A DNA stretch of 64,000 bases from positions 1 to 64,000 of the IMG/VR virus record IMGVR_UViG_3300043120_000090; one strand, written 5' to 3'. The stretch comes from a virus (Duplodnaviria > Caudoviricetes). The notes under the pieces are model-generated. The model saw only the letters and a list, made by a program, of their open reading frames with translations, searched no databases and was not told the DNA's origin. Shown here piece after piece: positions 55,066 to 64,000 of this stretch (the stretch's first letter is position 1; the number at the start of each line of letters is the position of its first letter). The translations under genes and the position numbers were made by a program.

Positions 55066-57621
55066 TTATATTGAAAGATTACCTATTTTTACAACTAGAT
55101 ACCCATTATCATCATATACTAATATCTGATTATTTTTTATTTCCATTCTAGCCCCAGAAGTTCCTGAATTAATAGTAACTGCTCCTTGGTTATTTACCGA
55201 AAAATTACCAGAAGAACCGCCAATAGTCATAGAGCCACCAGTTATAACTGGTGCGGATATGCTAGTACCTGCTATTAATTTATCCCCAGCTATAGTACCT
55301 GTAGCTACAATGGAACCATTAATTAATAATGCTACAGTTACCCAAGAAGAGCCATTATATTGTCTAGCTTGCGAATCTGTTCCAGTAGATAAGGTTTGAA
55401 CAAATATATCATTAGCTATAGGGTTTCTACCAACTAATGCTAAAAACCTAGAATTAGCTGTAGCTGTTACCCAGGATATACTTGTATAAGTACTCCCATA
55501 GAAACCGGCACCTGGAGTACCATTTATACCATCAGCACCTGGGGCTCCATCAGCTCCATCAGCTCCTGTCTCACCTTTAGATTTAAAGACTGACCATGTA
55601 CTCCAAACCCCATTACTATAAGAACGTGTTGCCATCCATATAGTTCCAGTAGTACCAGTAGTAGTCCAATTAGCGGGATTAGTAGTTGGGTCTCCTGGGG
55701 AAGTAAGTATAGCTGAATATCTAACTTCAAAAGAAGCTGTATCTGTTAGTTTCTGTGGTGTTGTCCATGTAGATGTTTGTGGTGCAGATCCAGATACAGT
55801 AAATATTCTAGTTGAGGACCAAAGAACCGCATCTCCATTAGGAATACCATCAGACCAACCAATAGGTACTGGACTATTATAAGAACCACCAGTAGGAGTA
55901 GTAGGAGCAGTATTACTTCTTAAAAATACTATAGATTTAAAAGAACTATCTCCACTTGTGCCATTTTCACCAGAAAACTTAGAGGGAGTAGACCAAGTAT
56001 ATCCTTCTTCTAGTTCATTAGTTATCTCATTTAAGTAACCTTGTGAAACCCACTGATACTGACCTGGACTAGATATAGCTTGTGGAACTATATACCAACC
56101 AGTTGGTGGGTATACTGTAGATGTAGGGGTAGTAGGTTGAGTAGTATTTACTTGGTAAATATAAACAAAACGTTTAGCAACTAAATTACTAAGGTCTACA
56201 TCTCCTAAAGGAGTACCAATCTGTACCTCACCGGATATAGATAATTTACTACCATCCCATCTTATATATTTAGAAGAATTACCTAAATCAAATTTATATA
56301 ACCCAGAAGTATTATCATATCCCATCCATATACCAGCAACGCTAGAACCATAAATTTTACCTTCCGTGTAGAGAGCCGGATTATCTTTACCAGTAAAGTT
56401 AGTAAGCACAAAATCGGCAGCATTAATTTTCTTAGTAATTATGCCACCATCTACATATAATGTACCATCTGTACCGTTTAATTGTATTGGGAATATACCA
56501 TTTGTATCTGGTATACCTAATCCTATAGAACCAGTATTAGCATCCATTAAGAATGTTTGTTTTTTAATACCACTAATAGTAGTATAACTTCTAATACCAG
56601 AATAGCTAACATCTACTAAAGTATTATTAGTAAAATTATTATCTAATGTAGTACTACTATTTAGTATATAAGTAGATATATCTGAATCTGTGTAATTATC
56701 TGGATAATTACCGAAAGAATATGCTCTTATTGCTATTTTATGTTCTATATTATAAGGAAAATTAGATATTATAGCTTCTAAAGAATTACCTACTGATATA
56801 ACTTTGGCCTTATTAAACCCATTTACTAAATAGTCTGATGTAGAAGTATATAATACTGCAAATGTTTTAATACCAGCACCATTATTTTTTTCCCAATTCC
56901 ATGATAACTTAATATCAAATCTTTCAAAAGTATCATTAATTTTAGCAGCTAGTATATTTAAATCAGTAGGTTTAGATGGGGCATTAAATCTATAAGTAAC
57001 ATCTATAGGGTCTGGATATTGATAATAATCAGATTCTTCTGCTATAGTACCCAAACTATCAGTTATTAACCCTTTTATTCTTAAATTAAATTTACCAATA
57101 AAAGGTGGAGAAATAAGTAGTCTACTACTAAATGCTCCTTGATATAGATTTAACCATTCTGATGTTCCAAATACTTGATATTCTACTAATAAAGTATCTG
57201 CATAACCTTGCATTAATAAGGCTATATTAGGTAAACTTGATCCAATATCGACATCTAATTGTTCATATTCAATACTATTAATTATTGGTGAGTTAGCTGT
57301 TGTGACCTCATGTATATCAGATAAATATATTAATTTTTTATTATTTAATAGTATAGAGTCTACCATAGAATCATAGTAAGCCCCTTGTATCTGATAAGTT
57401 GTATTAGTATTTAGATTACTAAGTTCAGCTAAGTTACTAGAAGTATCCATAGTTATTAATTGAGTGATTCCAGATGAAACATTAGTAACCCAGAAAGCTC
57501 TTCCGAGAACATCTCCATCAGTAAACTCACTACTAATTAAATAAATATGATTATACCCAGCTTTTAACTGGGTAATTATCATCTTTCTAGGCTGTTGATT
57601 TATCATGTAATCTGACTCCAA
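55066..57621 (-). CDS. central straight fibre / tail tip (T5 pb4-like, with collagen-like segment)
   Basis: FnIII-like N-half, GADGADGAPGADGINGTPG, C-terminal IV.TG.I....L..G.I.A and ..VKIGNL. Confidence 0.8.
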   Translation of the reverse strand: MESDYMINQQPRKMIITQLKAGYNHIYLISSEFTDGDVLGRAFWVTNVSSGITQLITMDTSSNLAELSNLNTNTTYQIQGAYYDSMVDSILLNNKKLIYLSDIHEVTTANSPIINSIEYEQLDVDIGSSLPNIALLMQGYADTLLVEYQVFGTSEWLNLYQGAFSSRLLISPPFIGKFNLRIKGLITDSLGTIAEESDYYQYPDPIDVTYRFNAPSKPTDLNILAAKINDTFERFDIKLSWNWEKNNGAGIKTFAVLYTSTSDYLVNGFNKAKVISVGNSLEAIISNFPYNIEHKIAIRAYSFGNYPDNYTDSDISTYILNSSTTLDNNFTNNTLVDVSYSGIRSYTTISGIKKQTFLMDANTGSIGLGIPDTNGIFPIQLNGTDGTLYVDGGIITKKINAADFVLTNFTGKDNPALYTEGKIYGSSVAGIWMGYDNTSGLYKFDLGNSSKYIRWDGSKLSISGEVQIGTPLGDVDLSNLVAKRFVYIYQVNTTQPTTPTSTVYPPTGWYIVPQAISSPGQYQWVSQGYLNEITNELEEGYTWSTPSKFSGENGTSGDSSFKSIVFLRSNTAPTTPTGGSYNSPVPIGWSDGIPNGDAVLWSSTRIFTVSGSAPQTSTWTTPQKLTDTASFEVRYSAILTSPGDPTTNPANWTTTGTTGTIWMATRSYSNGVWSTWSVFKSKGETGADGADGAPGADGINGTPGAGFYGSTYTSISWVTATANSRFLALVGRNPIANDIFVQTLSTGTDSQARQYNGSSWVTVALLINGSIVATGTIAGDKLIAGTSISAPVITGGSMTIGGSSGNFSVNNQGAVTINSGTSGARMEIKNNQILVYDDNGYLVVKIGNLSI

Positions 57622-60437
57622 TTAAGAGATTGGGAATTTCCATCCCCTTCTGCTCTAATTTTAAATCTAAGTTCTCTAAAAGCACCCAATTCTCCAGTAA
57701 GATTAGAATAATCTGTTTTATTATCTGTATAATTATATATATAAGAACTATTAATAGTAGTTATCTCTCTTATAACTGTATTAGTATTGTTTAAAATTTG
57801 TATTCTGTACTGAATATTCTGTACTTCAGTCACAATTGGATCCCATTGTAATTCAACATAATTATATATAAATTGATTACTATAACCAGGTTCTAAATTT
57901 ATAACTCTAAAATTAATAACATCCGGTAAGTATTTAGAAGGATCTATACTTATTTCTATACTAATAGGAGAACTAAATGATCCTGTAGTAGATACTGCTC
58001 TAACTGTAAATACGTAAGTTCCTACAGTTAAATCATCTATTTCAAAAAATATTCTTCCAGTTTCATCTACATTTTCCTTAGGAACCATCACTATCCCAGG
58101 AGCATTAGTCCAATATACTGAATAATAGGAAGTATTATTAGATAGACTAGGTAACCAAGATAAAATACCATTTATATTAGCACCAGGGTTATCCATATCT
58201 ACTGAAGGTTTATACTGTAAATCTCTAGGAGGTAATATAGAAACATTACCTATAGGATTTTGTTCATTAGATACATCAGCTTGTCCACTATTAATAAATA
58301 CATCAGGTGGAAACTCTAGGAAGGTAACATTTAATTTACCATTATAAAGAATTTCTATTGAATCTACAATAAAACGTTTATCTACCCAATCATATCTAGA
58401 ATATGTTAAACTTACATTATCATTAGGTAAAAATTCACCTATATAATAGAAGGGTAAGGTAGCTGATACTGAGCGAGAGAATCTAGATTTAGTTAATTCT
58501 CGTTCGATCATTGATCTAGCCGTATAATAATTAGTAACATATGGGAAACTTAAATTTAATTTTTTCTCTATGCCTCTATCTTCTTCTTTATACTGAGAAT
58601 TATAGAAAGTTATAGAGTTAGTTGCCCATGCTTTTCCAGGGTCTGCTATAGAACCTGTAACAGTATTATACTTAGAACTACCTGTTAAATCAGATATTTC
58701 TATGGGCTTTATAGCTTCTTTATCTAAATTTATAGATGCTACAATTGGGTCGTCACTCTCTACTTTTAAAATATATTTACCACTATATTTATTTAAAGAA
58801 CAATTTACCTGGTTCAGTAATGCTGCTACATTTTTAAAAACTGCTTGTTCAGTCTCTATAAGTACATTAGTTTGCATTACTGTCTTAAATGAATCATCTT
58901 GGGCATTCCACCCTAAATATCTCCAAAATGGAACCCAATCTTTATTATAGGTAGTATCTATAGCATTAAACTTATTAGCTACATCTTCAAAGCTATGTAA
59001 ATCTATTTCACTATAATTAATAGACATACCATACCTAAAAGAAGTAATATAGTCTAATAGTTGCCAGGCCATATTTAAGCTTGTACCATTAGTGTATATA
59101 ATATTACCATTTTCAGATATATTAACTATTTTACCACGTACTTCGGCTTCAATAGTAGGTATAGCAGTCCTACCACCATCTAAGTCACTTAATTTGAAAT
59201 TAAATATAACATAAGCAGTATCTAGTAATTTAAAGGTATCATCCCAGTATTCAGGGCCATCACCATTTAGATTTTGTAAATAAAAATTATTAGCAGCTGC
59301 TATATCAACTAATACTTGAGCAGCTTCTTGATTAGATTTACCGTGAAATGTCCAAAACCTAACTTCACCAGCCCCATCATCCATAACATATTCTCTTCCA
59401 TGTTCAGATACAGCTGCTCTACCAGAAGCAGGATTACCATCTGATCCAGCTACAGAATTATTGATAGTATCTCCATTAATTTTCTTTCTACCAAAACATA
59501 CTCTACTATCACTATCATCATCTGTTAAACATATAATAGGATTATCATCAAGGTAAAAATCATAGAAACCCTCTATTTCACCTTCACATATTGCATATAC
59601 TACCCATACACTACTAGGATCATGTGCTTCTGTATCGGCAAATATAGGTATAGCTGGTACTTTTTGTACCCCGTATACTACTGGTATAAACTTAGCTGAT
59701 AAATCAAAACGTAGATCTACTTCTTTAGTTACAACCTCTTTATATTCTTGTAAGGAAATACTTTTTTTCAAACCAAACCATGAAGATTTTTTCTTTAGTT
59801 TATACTTGGTTTCTTCTGTTTGATATTTAGCTATAATGCTAGTGGATTTATTAGCATGATAGAATCCTTTATCTAAAGCATACTCAGGTCTTTTAGTAGC
59901 TAAGGAAGGAACCCACTCTCCATTTTCAACAACCATACCTCTATGGTCATAATCATCAGTGATCCTACCAACTACTTGTTGAAAATCTTGAAAATGGTTA
60001 GCACACTCCCATTTTATACTGGAAGTTAATTTTGTTCCGGATGAACTTTCTGAGATACCACTATTAGTTATTAACCCTTCAAATACTACTATAGCTTCAC
60101 CTATAATATTTTCAGTTACAGGGTCTAAATATACTAATATTATTCTTAAACTCTTATTTAGAAAAGAAGAACTTTCATCTAAAGCTATACCTAATTGTTC
60201 ATCATCTAAACCAGAAAATGTAACATTTATTTTATGAGCAGTTAATTCTCTAGTAAATTTAATATTATTAAGAGTTTTTATAGCATTTGTTTTATAAGTA
60301 ATACTATTATAAGTAATATCTCTATTAAAATCAGTATAATATAGGTAAACTGGAGCTTCCGGAGTACTTTCTGGTCTTTCTAACCTTATAAGAAATACTT
60401 TCTTTAAATTATTATATTGTTTTAATAGATCTTTCAT
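57603..60437 (-). CDS. baseplate hub protein (T5 pb3-like)
   Basis: 944 aa, IPVVYG..KV...PIFADT motif, C-terminal FnIII-like domains; synteny. Confidence 0.87.
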   Translation of the reverse strand: MKDLLKQYNNLKKVFLIRLERPESTPEAPVYLYYTDFNRDITYNSITYKTNAIKTLNNIKFTRELTAHKINVTFSGLDDEQLGIALDESSSFLNKSLRIILVYLDPVTENIIGEAIVVFEGLITNSGISESSSGTKLTSSIKWECANHFQDFQQVVGRITDDYDHRGMVVENGEWVPSLATKRPEYALDKGFYHANKSTSIIAKYQTEETKYKLKKKSSWFGLKKSISLQEYKEVVTKEVDLRFDLSAKFIPVVYGVQKVPAIPIFADTEAHDPSSVWVVYAICEGEIEGFYDFYLDDNPIICLTDDDSDSRVCFGRKKINGDTINNSVAGSDGNPASGRAAVSEHGREYVMDDGAGEVRFWTFHGKSNQEAAQVLVDIAAANNFYLQNLNGDGPEYWDDTFKLLDTAYVIFNFKLSDLDGGRTAIPTIEAEVRGKIVNISENGNIIYTNGTSLNMAWQLLDYITSFRYGMSINYSEIDLHSFEDVANKFNAIDTTYNKDWVPFWRYLGWNAQDDSFKTVMQTNVLIETEQAVFKNVAALLNQVNCSLNKYSGKYILKVESDDPIVASINLDKEAIKPIEISDLTGSSKYNTVTGSIADPGKAWATNSITFYNSQYKEEDRGIEKKLNLSFPYVTNYYTARSMIERELTKSRFSRSVSATLPFYYIGEFLPNDNVSLTYSRYDWVDKRFIVDSIEILYNGKLNVTFLEFPPDVFINSGQADVSNEQNPIGNVSILPPRDLQYKPSVDMDNPGANINGILSWLPSLSNNTSYYSVYWTNAPGIVMVPKENVDETGRIFFEIDDLTVGTYVFTVRAVSTTGSFSSPISIEISIDPSKYLPDVINFRVINLEPGYSNQFIYNYVELQWDPIVTEVQNIQYRIQILNNTNTVIREITTINSSYIYNYTDNKTDYSNLTGELGAFRELRFKIRAEGDGNSQSLNWSQIT

Positions 60438-61058
60438 TTAGGATATATCCTCTGATAAGTTTAATGAGAAAGAATCAAATAATCCAGTTTCATTTATAGT
60501 TTGTTGTATTGCACTAGGGTCATCTATTACTAGTGTAAATAGTACATTATTAAAAATTGGCTTTTCTAACCCAGTAGTTACAGCTACTAAATTAGGAAAT
60601 ATACCTAGTGTTAAAGTAGTTCCGGTTAAATTAACAGAAGTTATTTTATATACTTTGTTCTTATGATTAGAAAGTGACATAATATCACCTTTTTTGGGTA
60701 TACCAGTAAGATTATAATTACTTATAACTAAATTAGCTCCCTGTTGTCCAGCAGTAATAGTAGTAGTATTAGTATCTCCTGATACTCTATAGTTTTCTAG
60801 ATGAGGTAGTAGTACCTGAAACCTATTCCCATTAACTATACCTTTTAGTAAATCTGCCTCTATTATACTAATTTCATCGGGAATTAAATCTTCATAAGTT
60901 AGAATTATACCCCAGTACTGAGCTTCCCCTTGTAAAGAATAAACTTTACCACCAGGTAATCTATCTTGATACGTAGGTAGATTATTAATTAAAGTAGCCT
61001 TTGTAAATCCAGGAGCAGATGGATTTGTTAATGGATCTGATAATCTTATATATGCCAT
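60438..61058 (-). CDS. distal tail protein (T5 pb9-like)
   Basis: LSDP....APGF N-terminus, 206 aa, between TMP and hub. Confidence 0.85.
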   Translation of the reverse strand: MAYIRLSDPLTNPSAPGFTKATLINNLPTYQDRLPGGKVYSLQGEAQYWGIILTYEDLIPDEISIIEADLLKGIVNGNRFQVLLPHLENYRVSGDTNTTTITAGQQGANLVISNYNLTGIPKKGDIMSLSNHKNKVYKITSVNLTGTTLTLGIFPNLVAVTTGLEKPIFNNVLFTLVIDDPSAIQQTINETGLFDSFSLNLSEDIS

Positions 61059-61134
61059 TTATGTCTCCATATATTTATTTATATTTTAATATATACATTA
61101 TATATATTAGAAAAAGTCAAGTCAAGTTTTTTAT

Positions 61135-61173
61135 AAAAAAAGTCCAGACTATAGAATTTAGTCTGGACTTTTA
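61135..61173 (-). terminator. intrinsic terminator after the tape measure gene
   Basis: aaaaagtccagact/agtctggacttttt hairpin. Confidence 0.75.
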
Positions 61174-61179
61174 TAAATA

Positions 61180-64000
61180 TTAAATATTAGAAAGTCTACT
61201 TAAAGTATAACCTCTAGCTTTAGCTGCTACTTCTAAAGAATTGAATATATCTTCTGATCTATCAATTATAGATTGAGAATCCATAGCTTGTATAGTTAGA
61301 CTTATAGGAGCACCACTATTACTATTAGAGTTACTATTATCTAAACCTTCAGTATTAGTTACTTTCTTACCTTGTAAAGATGTAGCTACTACTTCAGTAC
61401 CATGTTCCCCTGTTACGTACTTAACATTAGGATTCATATTACTACCACGTGCTCTAGGTACAAAATCTTGTATAGACCCAGTACCTTTATCTCCTCTAAT
61501 ATAAGATAGTTCTCCTGCATTAGCAGATTTTGATACATCTATACTATTTTGTCTAGAACCTAATTCTAGTTTAGTAGGATCCGAGCTATCTGCCTGAGCT
61601 ATTGAACCTGAATCTAAGGCACTTAATTGAGTTATACCCATAGCTGCTACTACTGCGGCTAAAGCTAGACCAGCATAAATATTACCTGCTGTAGATATAG
61701 CTGACATAATACCTACAGCAGTATTAGCAATAATAGCTTGTCTTTGAGCTTTAAGATTCTCTGCACGTTTCTTAGCTTCTAACTTAGCTATTTTCTTTTG
61801 AGATTCTTCTGATTTACCATCTCGTTTCTTTTCAGCTTCGATCTGACTATCAATATCTCCCATAGCTTTTTGTGATGAATAACTCATTATACTGGCAACA
61901 GCTTGTATCCCAGAGCCTACAGTATTCCATACACTTTGACTACTTTTACCTACTTGAGTTAAAGCTGTAGCAAAATTCTGTAATTGATCAAACATAGAAC
62001 CCATAGCTTCATCATTAGCAGAAAGAGCATTTCTAGCATTTTCATACATAGATGCACCAATCTGTTGCTGATAAGCTAACTCTTGTTCTGCAGTCATAGT
62101 GGCAGTAGATTGTTGGTCTGTTCTAGCCATAAATAGGTTAGAAAGAGCCGCCTGGCTAGATATTTCTTTAGTAAGTGCATCCTGTTTAGCTTGCTCAATT
62201 TCAAGGTCTAAGTCCCTCAATTGAGTATCCTTTATTAAATTTCTCTTAACTAAGTCTTCTCTCATTGCTAATAAAGTATTAGCCTTATTTTGAGCATCAG
62301 CTATTTCACCTGCACCTCCGGGAGCTGTATTAGTAATAGATTCAAGTTGCATTTGATACCTAGCATCTTGCTCTATTTTGTTAGCAGCCTCTTGAGCTTT
62401 TTGCTTTTCTAAATCTAGTAATTTTTGCTCTAAAGCTATTCTATCAGTAGTTCTAGCATTACCAGATACTAAATTAGCTAATAAAGCTTTAGTAGATTCA
62501 ATTTGAGCGGACAATAAAGATTGTTGTGTAGTATATTCGCTAGTAGTAGTATATACTCCATTATTAAATTGTCTTCTATTAATAATTAGTTCTGCTTCAG
62601 CAGCAGCAATATTAATTACTTCGTCTTTTTGAGTACGAAGTAAATCTACATCAGATATACTAAGAGCTGCTAATTGCTGTCTAATAGGTATTAAAGCACT
62701 TTCATTAGCTTTAGCTTCTTTTAACATAGCTAATTGAGCTAGTAGAGATTTTCTAGTAGCTTCATTCTGTTTCAAAGTTATAGCTGAAGCAGTATCTCCG
62801 CTTATACTACCTTGTTGCATAATTTTAGCTCTAGTAGTTTCTAATTGAGCAGCTAGTTTATAACTTCTTTCTGAAGCTTTTGCTAGATTATTAATATGAG
62901 CTACTGCTTCTTCACTACTTAATCCCATAGCTTTAAATAGTTCTACTTGTTCTTGGGTAAAACTTTTCCCTCTATCTAAAATACTATTCATTTCAGTAGC
63001 ATATTTACCTACTAATTCATAAGACTGTGCCGTACCTCTTATGGCAGATTCAGCATCAGAGAAGCTTTGTGCACTATTCTTAAATGCATTAGCATCCATA
63101 TAAATACCTTTTATAGCGTCAAGATTAGCTTTTTCGAATGAGGAAAGATTACTTTTAGCGTTAATAACAGCTATATTATATCTTCTAAGTAAATCGGTTA
63201 TTTCTTCATATTCAGCTTTTGCATCTGCTAATAATTGCCCTGTAGCATTACCCCCAAAAGCATCATATATAGGGTCACTACTACTACGTTTACTAAGATT
63301 ATCAATAGTTATCTCTAATTGTTTAGCTCTGGCATTTAATTCTGCTACTTTATTAGCTACTCCACCATCTTTAGCTAAATTATTAGCTAAACTAGCTATT
63401 AAATCACCCTTAGAATCTGTAGTTAAACTAGCTTTTAATAAATCTATATTTTCTGCCACAGTCTTAGAAGCTTTAGTAGCATTATTATCTTTGAAGATAT
63501 TAGCTATTAAGTTAGCAGCCGGGTCTAAGAACTTGGAAATATATTGTTGACCTTCAGCTACTAATGCTTTTATTTCTGCAGTTAGTGCTTCCCATCCATT
63601 CGCTTGTAAATATGGGTCAACTTTAGCCTGTCTTAATTCAGACTGTTTAAGAACAGCATTTAAGTAAGCTTGTTGTTTTTGATAACTATTCAGTGCAGTT
63701 GCAGATATGTTTAGTTGTTTAGCGTACGCACTATAAGCTTCATTCAATCTTATAGTAATACCTAAATCATCTAGAATTTCTATTTCTTGTTTAGATACAC
63801 CACGAGTAACACGGTTTAGAGCATCAGTCATATCTACACCTAGAGCAACGGACGCACGACGAGCTACTTTAGTCATTTCTTCAATTTGTTTAGCTGTATA
63901 ACCAAAGGTAGCAGCAGATGAGGCTTGTTTTAGAGCTTCCTGATAGGTAATAGTGTAACCAGTAGCTTCTTGCATATCTCTAGCAATTGATTGTATCGGT
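61180..64000 (-). CDS. tape measure protein (T5 pb2-like), 5' end outside the window
   Basis: Frame stays open to the window edge (PIQSIARDMQEATG); Ala/Gln/Leu-rich helical; AL.RVTRGVSKQEIE.LD.LG motif. Confidence 0.9.
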   Translation of the reverse strand, partial: PIQSIARDMQEATGYTITYQEALKQASSAATFGYTAKQIEEMTKVARRASVALGVDMTDALNRVTRGVSKQEIEILDDLGITIRLNEAYSAYAKQLNISATALNSYQKQQAYLNAVLKQSELRQAKVDPYLQANGWEALTAEIKALVAEGQQYISKFLDPAANLIANIFKDNNATKASKTVAENIDLLKASLTTDSKGDLIASLANNLAKDGGVANKVAELNARAKQLEITIDNLSKRSSSDPIYDAFGGNATGQLLADAKAEYEEITDLLRRYNIAVINAKSNLSSFEKANLDAIKGIYMDANAFKNSAQSFSDAESAIRGTAQSYELVGKYATEMNSILDRGKSFTQEQVELFKAMGLSSEEAVAHINNLAKASERSYKLAAQLETTRAKIMQQGSISGDTASAITLKQNEATRKSLLAQLAMLKEAKANESALIPIRQQLAALSISDVDLLRTQKDEVINIAAAEAELIINRRQFNNGVYTTTSEYTTQQSLLSAQIESTKALLANLVSGNARTTDRIALEQKLLDLEKQKAQEAANKIEQDARYQMQLESITNTAPGGAGEIADAQNKANTLLAMREDLVKRNLIKDTQLRDLDLEIEQAKQDALTKEISSQAALSNLFMARTDQQSTATMTAEQELAYQQQIGASMYENARNALSANDEAMGSMFDQLQNFATALTQVGKSSQSVWNTVGSGIQAVASIMSYSSQKAMGDIDSQIEAEKKRDGKSEESQKKIAKLEAKKRAENLKAQRQAIIANTAVGIMSAISTAGNIYAGLALAAVVAAMGITQLSALDSGSIAQADSSDPTKLELGSRQNSIDVSKSANAGELSYIRGDKGTGSIQDFVPRARGSNMNPNVKYVTGEHGTEVVATSLQGKKVTNTEGLDNSNSNSNSGAPISLTIQAMDSQSIIDRSEDIFNSLEVAAKARGYTLSRLSNI

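Overview
AT-rich segment of a T5-like siphophage genome (Demerecviridae-type gene order). (1) 1-11.6 kb, minus strand: an accessory array driven by repeated TTTACT-N17-TATAAT promoters. It holds 15 tRNA genes, a probable ~890-nt GOLLD-type large ncRNA with an embedded tRNA-Lys(CTT), about a dozen other ORF-less structured or tRNA-like elements, and small ORFs (phosphoesterase, HAD, Sir2, PTH2-like, glutaredoxin). (2) 11.6-25.5 kb, minus strand: nucleotide metabolism (nrdG, nrdD with two group I introns, Dam-like MTase, RNase H, thyA, divergent DHFR, nrdB, nrdA with a group I intron plus an intein, phoH). (3) 25.9-49.8 kb, plus strand: T5-type replication genes (origin-binding helicase, D2, D3, split NAD ligase, D5, D6 helicase, primase, DNA polymerase with an intron, D10 helicase with an intron, D11-D15, dUTPase). 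(4) 49.8-64 kb, minus strand: tail genes (side fibre with 63-bp repeats, collar, central fibre, hub, Dit, 5'-truncated tape measure). Most notable: the GOLLD-like RNA and the dense ncRNA array, and five group I introns that appear to have swapped domains, including a perfect 100-bp block shared by the nrdA and D10 introns. All calls are from reading the sequence by eye and from recall of family motifs; no searches were run.
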